The notes: a model not told the origin generated them from the sequence alone. A stretch of DNA of 63,220 bases, filler included, from Lenisia limosa (GCA_001655205.1; 7 parts of 7 records of this genome joined end to end with filler, not necessarily neighbours in it); one strand, 5' to 3'; shown: positions 1 to 13,320, counted from the first letter of the whole stretch. Made by a program: numbers and translations.

Positions 1-89
1 TAAAAAAAAAAACAAAAAAAAACAACAATTTGATAAAAACAGAAAAAAAAAAGATCACGAAACAAAAACAAGCAAATCTGTTGAGAACC

Positions 90-2348
90 CAACACACAGC
101 AACGGTGGCGCGAGCAATGGCGTCATCCATGTTCTTCGAGTCGAGGAGGGAACGGTCGATCATGTAGCGGGCAATACCACCAACGTTGACAGTCTGGCTG
201 GTTTAAAAAGAGAAACTGGTATTACAACAGGTTACAACAGTATGATGAATACTATCATTCCATCCCTTTTATCTCTATTTCTTCAGAGCAGCGTAAGAGC
301 GAATAGGATTTATTGTGTCAGATTGAAGAGCACTTCCAACCCCGGAGTACCTTAGGGGTGATAGCATTGGTGCTGAAATAAATGCCGTTATCGTTGAATC
401 CGTAAGCTGAATGGTTATCAATCACAAATAATTCACTTCAAAAAGAACTACCAATATCAAAAAAGATCGTACTATGGAATACTACTGAACCTGATGTGTT
501 GAGTGCTTCACTTATTCAAACACCCCAACACCGCCCCTGGCATGACTGTGCCAAAGTAGCACAGCTGTCTAAAATACCACCACCTTAAAGTTACCTCTCC
601 TCTCACTGAAACCAGCAAGGTAGCCGGGGTAGGCGTAAGACACCCAGCGGCTCAGTTCTCCGGAGTCTTCAACAACTGCTCAGTGAATACCAAGTTGAAA
701 TTGCTTCAACAACACTCAGTGAATACCTTCAGCTGAAGCTCTTGTTTATACATAGCAGTCTGTCTTTGTTTTTACACCATGTTACCAATATAACAATGAT
801 CTACATCCTTCTTTGTTTATATTACTCCATGTTTCTAAGAAAGAGTATGATAATATATAATGAATACACACATGAACATGGAATAAACAACAGGAAATAT
901 AGCCCCCCACTAGTAGCGGAGATGAGAGCAGTGCCGCGGTAGTAGGTAGGTCCGCCATCCTCATTATGGGCCATCATGGCTCTATATACGTTATATGTTG
1001 AAATAGTTAGACTCCTTTCAAAGAGTTCCACGCTTCCTCAATATGAAGATGACGAAAATTGACGTGGAAGTGTCCTGATTCTAGTAGAGGGACCAATAAT
1101 CATTACATTACTTCACATTCTGCAAAAACAAAAAAAAACCCCTCCCCATTTCAATGGTAACCCTCCCCCTCTTAATCAAACAACAAAATCCTCCCACGAG
1201 TTCTCAGTGAAGAGAAGAATGTCTGAGCAGCCCTTGGGTTGGTAGGTGGCAGGGGCGTAGCCGTTCTTGGCTTCTGAAGGTCCGGGAACATCACCCCTGG
1301 GTGCCATCAATCCGAGGTAGATATTTGAGGAAATTCATAATTAGCTTCACTTGCGACTCAAAGAGCAGACACAGGATTTATAGTATTTCTTATTGTATAC
1401 ACGTACATCTTTTAAAAATAAGTGAAGCTCTAATAAACAATGCACTGTGAATCAAAGCAACATGTAAGAATAGCATACCACATGTTGTGAAGCTCGGGAC
1501 TGATCACCATGAGGAAAACGTGGTAGAAGGGAATGCCTAAGCTATGAGCGGATATGAGCGGAGTAGTTCACAAGGGCTCTTTTCGATTCCAATGGCTATC
1601 AAAAAATTCCATTACATGGGCAACATTTCGATAACATCACTACACATCCCCCCACTGCACACTGTTTAAAACAGTGTTCCATTCCAATCTGATACATTTG
1701 TTCTAGAACATTCCTCCCACCAAGCGCATCAGCCATGCCCTGGAGCTCCTCAATGTACTCGGGGTACTGCGCGGTGTTGGTCTTGAGGAAAGCATCGTAA
1801 ATCGCACGCCCTTCCTGGTTTTATTATTTTGGAACTTGGGAAACAAAAATAATTGATATTTTCTTTTTTGGTTCAAAAGATTGAAAGAAAATGGAATGAA
1901 CAAAGAGATAGAGGGAGGGTATAGGGTTAAAACTGCCATAAACGTGTTGTTCATTAATAAAGGGTATCTGAGCAATGCTTTGATGAGACTGTAACCAACC
2001 TTAGTCTTGTACCAAGGGATAGCGCGAGTGTTGAGGTCAGTATCAGTGGCGTAGAGATGACTAAACGATCAGAAAAACAAGTTTCAAAGAATATCAGAGG
2101 TCAAATGGTGAGAAGAGTGACATTAAGTGGCTTCCAAGCAGACGAATAGTGTTGTCTAAGAGAGGCAGCTTGAAGGAAGCCGACTTCGTAGTGCGATCCA
2201 CGTAAGTTGAGAGTCTCCAGAACTGATCCAGACTCCTAAAAGGTTAGCGGAGAAACATAAAAAGATATAATCTCACCTTGGAGCCAAGGACGCCTGTAAA
2301 GAAGACAAATGCCAAAACAAAGGCAATAGCAACGTGGAGCGCTCTCAT
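90..2348 (-). CDS. Secreted peptidase C45 (AAT/Tan-like Ntn hydrolase); multi-exon, 3' end runs off the window
   Basis: Hand-spliced exons: MRALHVAIAFVLAFVFFTGVLGSK (signal peptide, ATG at 2348), TLNLRGSHYEVG, QYPEYIEELQGMADG, GIPFYHVFLM, QPKGCSDILL (putative nucleophile Cys), AMMAHNEDGG, SYAYPGYLAGFS-AYGFNDNGIYFSTNAITP, ARYMIDRSLLDS. This is the motif order typical of C45. Confidence 0.8.
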
Positions 2349-2757
2349 ATCTACACACCGGTGAAAAAAAACAATCGCACAGATGGAATGGTTGGACAAT
2401 ACAGCTATTATGAGTTTATATAACATATATCATACCCATACCTTAGTAAAAGTTGCATTTTCAAAAACAATTAAAATTTTAAATACTTGGCGCAGGCGTT
2501 CGCGCAATACAATAATTGGAATTTTTCCTCTCTCCAGTCCTCTTCCCAGCCATTCATAAGGATAAAACATCACGCTTCTGTGAACTCTAACGACTGGGAG
2601 CTACACAGAGCGGAAGAGCAGAAGAGACTCAAATACTCGTTCTCTTTATGCCAACTTGTCTGCCATCTATTAGGGTGATAAAGTACATCTATCGACGTTG
2701 TTTGATGAACCTATAACCCAATAAAAGCGACGAGCTACAGTTTCATAACCGAAGACA

Positions 2758-5625
2758 ATGACAATCTGTCCATCTGTTGGGTGGAGGCCTGAGGGAGAGG
2801 ATGAAAGCTATGTATGATGGGGGGGGGGGGGNNNNNNNNNNNNNNNNNNNNNNNNNNNNNNNNNNNNNNNNNNNNNNNNNNNNNNNNNNNNNNNNNNNNN
2901 NNNNNNNNNNNNNTTTTTATTTCAAATTAATTAACATTCTAGAGTGACTCATTAGTGGAAGTCAGCACCTTTGGGCTTGGTTTGAGGGATTTTCTGTTTT
3001 GAAATCTAAATACAAAAAATGCAAATATTAAAAGAAGAGAGATAATTATACAATTCAATCCCCACCTGAATCAATACCATACTTTACGTAAATATACTAT
3101 CACCCTAAGTAAACATCTAGCAGACATTAGTTGTTTTGTATTTGACCTTAAACCCCCCACAAAATGACTAATTAAGCGCTCGGCCTCATTTTGATTCTCG
3201 GTGGCATCGGCTCTGTCATTCCGCAGCACATTAAGCTTATCAAAAAGAAAACTTCTGAGGGGATCAACTGCGCATGGATTGAAATGGTATGAGGTTTGGA
3301 CCATTTGTTGCTTTATGAAATTATGTTAGCAAATAGTTTTTTTTTTAAGTTTGACCAACCCAAGTTGCAAAATTGATGATTTAAGCTCACACTCACCTCA
3401 AATTGGAATTCACTTTTATTCCTGTTAACAACCTCATACCATAAGATGAACTGTTTTCAACAGTTTTGATGCTGCTGTTATCAGGTATTAAACATTGAAT
3501 CGAAAAAAATATTTCCAATTGTAATATGGAGAATAGATGTGCTATTTTAATACGCACTGGGAATATATCGCTTCTTGCTTTAGGATATTGCTATTGAAAT
3601 AACTTTTTTCTTTTACATTTTCCTTTCCACCCCATTTGTTCATTCTTGGATTTTCTCTAAGAGCAATCATTAACCATACAATGTAGGTAACCTTCAACCA
3701 GTTTATATCGGCGTTCGGAGCGACGTGTCTCAAAGTTCCCCAGTTCCTTGCTTGCCGCGAAGTGGTGCGCCTTATCTTCAAAACATGTGTTCAGTATTAT
3801 CATATTATTATTGTATACCCTTTTGATCCCCGGTCCCTGTCTTTCACACGACTAGTAATTCAATATCCTACCTTTTTTCTTGACATTTTAGGGAGTAGTT
3901 GAATGCAGTCAATCCGTGATGTCGGTCATACAACTCATGGCCCTTTTCTTCATGTGCTACCCTTTGATTTTCATTGTTCTTAAGTACTTCCCTTTGGAGG
4001 AGAAACGATCGAGTGAGTTGGTCTTGTTGTGCAGCGAAATTCATGCTTTAGAGTATAAGTAATAGATGTACATCGCACCAGCAACATCTTTTGATTTACA
4101 ATTCAGATCCTAAGCGGTTTTCCCTCTTTATCATCTTTTACATTGCATTGACTCTCTTTGTGGTGGTTGCAATAGGTGAGGCACAGTATTCTATATTCTC
4201 CACTACTTTTTCAGGAGCTAAGATTAATTGGGTGGAAACTGGATTTAACTTAGAGATGCTGTGATTGATGAATGTGGTTCACTTACATGTATCTTCTTCA
4301 GCAGCCTAATTATATCATTTACAGCTTTACCAACACCACCCCGTTCCTCTTTCTCACTTCATTTAACCGTTTAGCTTACCTCATCATCATGGTCCATGAG
4401 GAAGGTCCCTGTGGTAGAATACTGAGAACAACAGGTGAGGTTTTGAAGCAACCAGATACCAGTTGCTTGCTCATGGAGATGAATACAGTACTATCACATA
4501 CTATCACATGTTAAACCCTTTGTTCTCCGTGGCCTTCTGTATTGCTTTTCTTGTAATATTGCCTGTTCCCTCTGTTTCAAATACTCTAGGATAAGCGTTG
4601 ATATTTCACCTAGGTTTGTTTGAAGTTCTCATTTCAACAGGAGGGGTAATAGGCATTTTCTCTCTTGGTGTCAACTTAGTCCAGGTAAGGGTGTTTTTCT
4701 AGACTTTATATTCACTAAATATAGACTAACCGCATAAATACATAGGGATATCACAGGTAATGCTTTTTTTTTTCTTTTTTTTTGAGTGTCTTTATTGTGT
4801 TTATTGATGTCGTTTTTTCACGTCCCCCTCCTCCAGATGGCCCCCCAGATTTGGAAGACATTTAAGGCCAAAAGCGTTGGGTCCTTCAGCATCCCAATGC
4901 TCATGGTCCAAGCCCCAGGTATGTCTTCTTTTGCTTGGCAATCAATTTGATTACAGTTGTATGCTTGTATAATAAGAAAATGACAATAATACCAATTTTT
5001 TCTTCATAACATACTTGCTTTATTATAATATATTTTACATAACATGTTTAAGAATATAAATAAACTTTGAGTAAGCATGTCAAAAATGACAGCAACAGAG
5101 AATTATTCCGCGGTGAACTATTCTCTATGCCATAGCTACTACTTTAACTGATGCTACGCACAATATTGTCTCCTCACCCCCCCCCCTGTAGGAGCGCTTT
5201 TGTTGACCTACTTCCAAGTTTTCATCCAGAAGGACTCCATTTTTGTGTGGATATCCGTTTTTTCGAATGCTATTCAGCAGTCGATTCTGCTTTCTTTACT
5301 GGTTGGTAAGGTGCTGACAAAGTCTTGAGCAATTCAAAATTCAAAAAGTGTTCATCTTTTGTCAAAATAGGTGCTTTTTTTTTAATTCTATCTGATATAT
5401 GATAGTTTATCAAGAGGGGCAACTGCAAACGTTTATAAGTTTTACAAAGAAATACATGTAGTACTATATCATATGTAACTATATTCCGTTTTTCAGCTCT
5501 GTGGGAACCTGAATGACCATATTTAGGTCTTTTACAACTTCAAAAACGGCTCCAAATCGGACTCAGTTGGAGTTGATGATGAAAGTGCTCCCCTCTTCAA
5601 GGTGAAAGAGACAGAAAAGGCCTGA
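2758..5625 (+). CDS. PQ-loop repeat membrane protein (likely lysosomal/vacuolar transporter)
   Basis: Two PQ loops: GGIGSVIPQHIKLIKKKTSEGIN (~3180-3290) and MAPQIWKTFKAKSVGSFSIPMLMVQAPG (~4837-4918), with hydrophobic exons between them. The last exon ends DDESAPLFKVKETEKA* (acidic dileucine-like sorting signal). The start exon MTICPSVGWRPEGEDESY is inferred. Confidence 0.8.
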
Positions 5626-6202
5626 AGATGTTGGTATGGTTTCGCCCTGTTTCCTTGTTTGCTTGATTTTTTTTGTTGTTGTTTGGTTTGTTTGTTTATT
5701 TCAATCTAAAAAAGGTTCTGTTTCCTTATGGTTCAATTATTTATTTACTGAAAATGGTTGGTTTTGATGAAAAAGTGCTTTTTCATATTTCTTATCCCTC
5801 TAAAATGCCTTGATAATGTTATTTAAGACACCAAGTTTTACCAAAGAAGTAACATTTTTTGAAACAGTTGCAGTAATTGGCTTTTATTTGGCGATATTTA
5901 TGTGACCTCTTGAAGAAAAGAGAGTAGGTATGGTTGTATTTAATTTTGTTGAATTGGTAATCACATATCATATCATGATCAAATAAATATTGGTACTGAT
6001 GTATTTTAAACCGTGAATATGTGAAGTGGTCACCCCTCCTGACGAATTTCAACGTAATTCACAACCTAAGGGTTGCCTTTGGGAATTGCTATCCTTTGAC
6101 GTTTCACTAATTATAAAACTAACTAGTGGAAATACTCAATGTTGGATCATAGTTCCATTTCAAGAAGATAGAGGAAAGGAAACGGGACGGGAAGCTACCT
6201 AA

Positions 6203-6992
6203 TTAGTCTTGCTTTTTGCGCTCGTCATTGTCGTTCACGTAAACTTCCTTGGCAAGATAGTAGCCGCTGTATTCATCAGAACAATTCCACAAAGTTTGTG
6301 GGAATGGGAGAGAAATATCAGTAAAATAATAATATAGTATAAATATATAAAAAAAAGGGGGGAGGGGGCATGAGGTGAGCAATTATGAAAGCAAAATAAC
6401 AACTTGAGGGGAAATGGTAATAATATTGAATTGGGTGTGATTAATGAAAACAAAACAAAACAAAAAATCTCTCACCTGTTGAAAGTAGACGCCATTTCAA
6501 GCTTGCGCCCTCTCCACTCGACCTTGCCCTTGATGAGGCCGCGGAACCAGATGGGAAACTCGAGAGCCCACTGAATACGTCAACAAAACATAGGACGGCG
6601 GGTTTAACCGTCATAGAAAACACAGTTTACTGTTTATAATGTACAAAGTGATAAATATAAGGAATCTTGACAACAGGGCTGGGTACAAATGCAATAATGA
6701 TGATAAAAAAAATAAAAAAAAATAGACATTATTTTCGAATAATATCTTACTGATGGCCAGCACCCCACATACCACGAGGGGCCAGAAGACAATCTGCAGA
6801 TACTCGTTGTCAGGGTTGATGTGCATCATGAGGACGGACATGGAAATCCACTCGATGATGAAGAAGGCGAGGAAGGCGGTCCAAAAGGTCATGAAGGGGA
6901 GCACCATAGGCCTAAGGTATTAGAAGGACATAAACGGAGCGAAACAGGTCTAGAATATCAGGAGCATTGTCATGATATGATATGGCCCTGAT
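6203..6992 (-). CDS. C-terminal part of a membrane glycosyltransferase (ceramide glucosyltransferase/GT-A-like); 5' part cut at the scaffold end
   Basis: TM exon MVLPFMTFWTAFLAFFIIEWISMSVLMM...IVFWPLVVCGVLAIS, followed by WALEFPIWFRGLIKGKVEWRGRKL, which resembles the W..RE...PIW.....V.WRG tail of GT21 enzymes. Stop at 6203-6205. No catalytic motifs are inside the window. Confidence 0.45.
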
Positions 6993-7092
6993 NNNNNNNN
7001 NNNNNNNNNNNNNNNNNNNNNNNNNNNNNNNNNNNNTTAATTAATTAANNNNNNNNNNNNNNNNNNNNNNNNNNNNNNNNNNNNNNNNNNNN
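6993..7092. other. Artificial scaffold linker (44 N + TTAATTAATTAA + 44 N)
   Basis: Exactly 100 nt with a six-frame stop cassette; the identical format occurs six times. Confidence 0.97.
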
Positions 7093-7140
7093 TTTAGAAT
7101 CCACTTACAAAATGTAACCCGCAATAAACTCACACTGTAG

Positions 7141-7411
7141 CCTGGTCATCTTATTGGGGTCTGGAGGGCTACGTTCGAATGGCCAGAAATCGAGACAACA
7201 ACTGTGGTGAGTCTTGGGGCTTTGCTTTTTCATAGACCACTCATGTGGTTGCCTCATATTTTTTATTATCCAACGACAATTAGACGTCTGAGAATTCATT
7301 TGTAATTATCCCCTCAGTTAATCTTGATGTTGAAATCATAAATATCATCTTCAACAATTCATTTTGCTTTCAGGTATCGCTACAGCAGCCTGGTTTGCCC
7401 GACTACACTAA
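7141..7411 (+). CDS. Papain-family (cathepsin L-like) cysteine protease, last two exons
   Basis: Exon 7141-7206 WSSYWGLEGYVRMARNRDNNCG plus exon 7374-7411 IATAAWFARLH* match the C1A C-terminal consensus WG..GY..MARN..N.CGIAT.A. Confidence 0.85.
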
Positions 7412-7662
7412 TGCTTTTTCTGGTTTTGTTTCAATTATGTTTCATGTTTCTCCCCTATTATAGATATATATTGTTATAGCATTCTAACTGTACAATATTC
7501 AAACCTGTTTCTTCCCCTTATCGAAATTGTACATTACAAACATCTGTTTCTTTCCACCACCACTGTATAGTACCTCCATGATAATGTCATAATACATTCC
7601 TTCATACTGTACAACAAACACCCTTTGTTTAAGTCCACACAACTAACAATAGAACAAAACCC

Positions 7663-10600
7663 CTAGACTAAATACACAAACTGGACACTTTGAACGTAGG
7701 CCCGACAGATCGGACACTGCATCAGCCTGGCTGTTCGGCTGTCGAAAAGATCGAGGGTACACTGCACGCACATCACCATGTGTCCACATGGGATGAGAAC
7801 TACTTCCTAGAGGGGTGGGTAAAATTGGAAACAAAAAAAAAAATAATAAGTGGGGTTAAAAAAAAAAAAAAANNNNNNNNNNNNNNNNNNNNNNNNNNNN
7901 NNNNNNNNNNNNNNNNNNNNNNNNNNNNNNNNNNNNNNNNNNNNNNNNNNNNNNNNNNNNNNNNNNNNNNNNNNNNNNNNNNNNNNNNNNNNNNNNNNNN
8001 NNNNNNNNNNNNNNNATATCATATAAACATACTATATATACAACACAAACAACAAAACAGACAAAGAGGCCAACTTAGTACTGTATCCTGAGTTGGGAGA
8101 AGGGTACAATGATCGATGATACTGATGGAACGGGACAAAACGGGGAAACAGAGGGGGGAGGGGGAGTAAAATAGGAAAATTTATGAAAAAAAGGTTCAAC
8201 ATTGGCTGACAACACATTGATGAAATACTTGCGTAAAGGAGGCAAGAACGGGGAAACACACACAGAGAGAGGGTGGGTACTTCACGATATATGTCAGCCT
8301 ATTCACCATCCTACCGCTCTCTCCTCTAGGCAAACTTTACAGCTGAAGTTCTGCTGCCACCAATCCAGTGTTTTCTAGGATATTAAAAAGGTACAGAGAA
8401 CAGTTATGAAAAAGCACCCTCAGATGAGCCGATAAAGCTCGCTATTTATATTCAAGAATGATCATTTTTCGGTCAAGAAGAAAACTCCCATCGCGCCTCC
8501 CCACCCCCCTCCTCTCTCCATTCATAAATGTCACCCCTCACAATAAATCCCCCACTTCTCTGTTTATGGCATCCCTATGTATTATTATGTTTCCCAGATT
8601 TATTTAATATATGCTCCGGGCACTAAATCCGATTTCATCTGATTATTTTAATTTTTGAATTTTGGACTGCTTTCTCATTGATATTTTCATATCAAGAAAA
8701 ACAATCAGAAGAAACGAGTAATTTGTCCAATTTAGAAGTCGTATGGACAAAATACATAATATTCTCTTTTCCTATCAGCAAACCACTCCCAGGAAAACAA
8801 ACTCGGGGCTTTCTTCTGGAAAAATACAGTAATTTTCCTGGAAATAGTTTTTCCAAAAAAAAAAAAAAACTCTCGCACCTGTTCAAAGAGAACACTACTA
8901 GTCTCCACAAGGGCCACTGAATGTTCTTTGTCTATATCGGGGACCGAAATCGAGTCCAAATCTTCCTGCACTACCCCGGGAAGTTCGGGGAGCTGTCGTG
9001 GCGACAGGGTGGGCTCAGAGGTGTTGAGCCTGAATACATTAGTTTTCTGGGGGCACGTAAATCACGGGAAACCAAAAAATACATAGGGATACCATAAACA
9101 AAAAAAAAAACAATTATGAAGCTTGTTATTTTGACCAATCTTTACCCTCCTTGTTCCCCCCCCCCCCNNNNNNNNNNNNNNNNNNNNNNNNNNNNNNNNN
9201 NNNNNNNNNNNNNNNNNNNNNNNNNNNNNNNNNNAACCTCATGGGATTTCCAGTGACAATTTCAGCCTGGAGAACAGGTGAGCCAGTGCGGGGGGTGTTG
9301 TGGCTGACACAGTTAGATGGTAGGGCTTCACTTCGGTTCAAAAAACAATGAATTCTCGATAAATCCTCGAAAACTATCGATATTTTCCTGAACCGAAGTG
9401 AAGCCTTAGTTAGAAGGGGTGATAGGGCTTCACTACGGTCCGAAAAGACCGTTAATATTTCAATAAAATAGAGGATATTGTGACCCCCAGATAATTTATC
9501 TTAATATATGAACGAAATAGTAGTTACACACCTTGTTCGTGTTAGCCGAGACATGTCACCGATCAAGCTTGCTGGAACGTTAAACACATATTTTAGATGG
9601 TTTTAGACAGTGAAACCCATATCTAGGGCTTCCCTACGGTCCATAAAAGACCGAATATCTCGATAACTCCTCGATAAATATCGATATTTAAAAGGTATTT
9701 TCAGCCTTCATGGAAACTACATAAAGAAGAAAATATTTTAGTTAGCTTGAGAAACAAATGTCCCCCCCCCCCCCACGTTTTTTACCAAAGATGCGCTGCC
9801 GTAGTTTGGCCTCGGTACACTGACTCTTGAGGAGTTCGTCTGAGTGGTCAAATTAGGAACTATAATTCAAAATATCTTCTAACTCTATGCATACAGCTTT
9901 CTACGTGCCTTCCCAGAATATACATATAATATATTATATATCGATATAATATATTATATAGATATAGTCAATTGGGATTCTCAACAGTTTAAATTAATAA
10001 TGACAAAAGTAGATTGAAAATACTCTTTGGGTTGTTTGATGAATAGTATTATCTCCAAAAAAAAAACAGGGCTCCTCAAGGATCAATTGTAATAACCAAT
10101 GTGCCCAGCGAAAAATACGGATATATAACAAATAATTGCATGCAATTAATTGCACGGCACCCTAATATAGTATATGCATATGATAGAATTTCTTATATTA
10201 TATGTATGATATTAGTTATACAAGGTTGTATCTAACCGAAGCCGTCCCCACAATCACGCTTATAAAAGATATCATATGAAAGGTCAGCCAGGGTTGATAC
10301 GGTTGATTTGTTGGTAGTCAAGGCTATTCAGTAGAGGTCAAGATTAATTTGGGTAGGATTCAGTGAAATCGAGAAACTAGGTCCTCAAATATCGAAATGT
10401 AAAAGGTAGCAGTCCACATACGAAAAACTAATTCTGCGTGTATGTTATTATTTTTATTCCTTCACAAAACCCCTTTTCTCTGTCCCCTCTCCCCACACAT
10501 AAAAGACAATTATTAATCCTTGGGCTTCACTTCGGTTCAATAAAAGACTGAATTTATCGATAAATCCTCGAAATCTATCGATATTTTACCAGTCTTTTTC

Positions 10601-13320
10601 GAACCAAAGTGAAGCCCCACCCCCCCATACCAACAGCCACGAAAGCTGACGGCGGCGGAAGGGGTGGGTCCGGTGTGGGCCCTTCCGCTTCCGACGTGAT
10701 AGCCCCCTGCATGGCCACCGCAAAGTCCTCTCTTGCCTTGAACTCTAAATCGATTAATGAAGGTATAATATATATAATATAATTATATACACGCTACATA
10801 ACATATAATAGTCTCTTTGAGCTCTAAATCGGTTTATAAAGGTAATTATATGTAATATAATACACTATCTATACATCACATGTTATAATAAGCTGGATTA
10901 TAAATATTATATCATATATATTATATGAAGATTATATTATCTGCCAAGCCGTTGGGAAAATATTAATTCACCCAATCAGATTTCGGCATACAAAAATGAC
11001 CCAGGCATCAACGTGCCATAACCACAGCAAACCTTGATGGATGATATAGCCGAAAGCAACGACGGTAGTTGACAGGAAGAGGAGGAGCCCCGTGAAGATG
11101 AAGTAGAGCCTAACTAGGTGCTCGGGCCCTGTGTTGTTATTTATTTCCTATGATTTGAAGGAATTGAAAGCCTCCAAAAATGTATATAATAGCATATGAT
11201 TAAATGATATGATATGCATATCATGCATATGAATTGATGGAATTGAAATCCTCCAAATTATTATCTTATATCTTTAGATTTGATTAAATGTAATAATAAA
11301 ACACATAATTATCAATTATCACCTTTGATGATATTAAATGAATTATGTATTTATATCCATGATTTCATTGGTGTTGTGTGGTGATATATATACATATGAT
11401 ATCCTTTTTTTATTGACTATGATTTGTAAACAAATAAATATTATATACAAAATATATGTATGTCTACTATGTATAAACAAATGTCTAAATTTTCTATCCT
11501 TAGGTTTGATAACGTGAGATGAAATTGGGTGCTTTGTCATAAAATTGAATGAAATACAAACTGCAATAATAATAAATATTCTTAGTTTTTCTATATTATT
11601 AAACTTCCAAATCGCTACCATCCAATTTGGAGTCAAATTAACAAATGTGAACTGCTGAGCTTTAACTAGGTTTCAAAAAACCCCAGAAAATATCGATATT
11701 TATCGAGGATTTATTGAAATTCAGTCTGTTTTTCGAACCGAAGTGAAGGCCTAAGTATGTCCCACCCTCCAAAGTGTGATACACCCCCCTCCTACCACAG
11801 GTGTCAGACAGTTTACAATCCGTTCGCTCTTCAAATAATCGAAAAATATGCTGTTGGGTGAGTAGATAGCATGCATATCATATAGAAATGAGAAATTAGA
11901 TAGCATAATGAGATCAACCAAGTATGTATCAAAATGAGAAAAATAACATGTGATTTGTCAATACGTAGCAAAATGGAAATATTTATATAAACTATTTGTT
12001 GGAAGGCCAAGGGAATATTAAGTACAAAAGAGACATCTTTTAATACAGGATTAATTTTAGTCCCCAAATTGCAGATAGAACACACACCCGATATATATGT
12101 ACATGTACATGTATTGTATATGTACATGATTATCAAGAATTCAAGTCTAAACAATATCATTAACCACCATCCTCAGGTTTCGCTCAATGATATTAATCCA
12201 GGATTTATATAATACTGCCCAATTGTTGAGGAATCGCTGTTTCATATCAAGTATATCTTGTAAGATGGTTGGATAGGTACCTTGTGTATCTTTTCGAGCC
12301 GTTTTATGGCATGATTCATTTGTTTTCATATTATCAAGAGCCGAAGTGGAGTGGTGTGCATCCGCAGCTTACCACAAGGAAAAGAAGGTCCCAGAACGAA
12401 ATGGAATACATAAACTAAATCGTAAGACAGAATGCATAAACTACATCCTAGGGATAAATACATTAACAAATCATGGGGTTTTTTTTGGGTAAATACCATC
12501 CAGGTAAACAAAAAAAAGTGAGACGGATCACATAGTTTAAATCTTCAAGTTGGTTTTTTAAAGACAAAGTAAACTTAGTTTCTGCAATTGTGTTTACTTT
12601 TTTTTAGTTTTAAAGATTCATTCGTAGCCGAATTAAAACTAAAAGGGAAAAAAATCCAGAATGAAAAAAGGGTGGAATGCATAAATCAAAAGTAAGGCCG
12701 AATGGCATCACAAACAAAGGCAACTCCCCGCTACTCCTAATATCAACGCCAAAACCCGTTTTTCACATCAGTCATTGAAATATCTCCCATGAACCCCGAA
12801 TACAATAGTCAGGCCAACAAGCGACTGCTGGTATAGAACAGCCATCCCAACAAAGGCAAGCGCAAAAGGTGGGATAATCCACGGAATCTCGCTGTACGAG
12901 CCATATGTGATTGTCCCTCCGAATAAAGCGGTTGAAAAGATCTACAAAACAAGGTCAGAAGACAAACGCTCGACAAACGTGTCACAATGTGAAAAAAACT
13001 GGGAGTGAGATGGTCAACAGGCACAAATCAGTACTGAATTATAGCAATAGCCATCCGGGAGGTTATTGATTCATTAAAAAAATAACACTTTGAGAAGATA
13101 TCACAAGAGTTAATATTGAATCTACGTTTTTGAAGGGGAATTATTTCAGATATAGCTGTAATAACCCAACGAAAAAGTCGAAACCACTTACAATGATCAG
13201 GACAAGGATGGCGAGGACGATCGTCTCATTCGTACTTCGTAGCGTTGTTGAGACCGCATAGTGGAAAAGCTGTCGATTTTGCGGCATCGGAGTCCAATAC
13301 TATTCGTGGTTTGTTAATGC
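7663..13320 (-). CDS. Multi-pass membrane protein with a C-terminal RING (C3HC4/IAP-type) finger; putative E3 ligase, possibly more than one gene
   Basis: Last exon VLIPCGHMVMCVQCTLDLF...QCPICRAYVQSV..* (stop 7663-7665; the first Cys pair falls in an N gap). Upstream same-strand hydrophobic exons: LYFIFTGLLLFLSTTVVAFGYII (~11010-11110), IPWIIPPFALAFVGMAVLY (~12810-12940), ETIVLAILVLII (~13195-13290). Joining these into one gene is inferred. Confidence 0.55.
9321..9408. mobile_element. MITE family 1 (TIR GGGCTTCACTTCGGTTC, TA-flanked)
   Basis: TAGGGCTTCACTTCGGTTCA...TGAACCGAAGTGAAGCCTTA, with the shared core TCGATAAATCCTCGAAAACTATCGATATTT. Intronic. Confidence 0.8.
9423..9690. mobile_element. 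Two partial MITE family 1 copies (left ends at 9423 and 9624)
   Basis: TAGGGCTTCACTACGGTCCGAAAAGACCG at 9423; TAGGGCTTCCCTACGGTCCATAAAAGACCG plus core at 9624. Confidence 0.65.
10521..10618. mobile_element. MITE family 1, full length
   Basis: GGGCTTCACTTCGGTTCAATAAAAGACTG...AGTCTTTTTCGAACCAAAGTGAAGCCC. Confidence 0.85.
11667..11753. mobile_element. MITE family 1, inverted, one end degraded
   Basis: Core ATATCGATATTTATCGAGGATTTAT and intact end TTCGAACCGAAGTGAAGGCCTA. Confidence 0.75.

Noticed and set aside
3071-3304. Minus-strand 77-aa ORF
   Set aside because: It is the antisense shadow of the first PQ-loop exon (IPQHIKLIKKKTSEG) on the plus strand.
7037-7048. Recurrent TTAATTAATTAA as a biological motif (piggyBac TTAA or IES-like site)
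   Set aside because: It is always centred in exactly 44+44 Ns, so it is a six-frame-stop assembly linker.
9321-9408. MITE family 1 as a tRNA or tRNA-derived SINE because of GGTTCGAA
   Set aside because: The motif is part of a terminal inverted repeat. There is no cloverleaf, A-box or A-rich tail.
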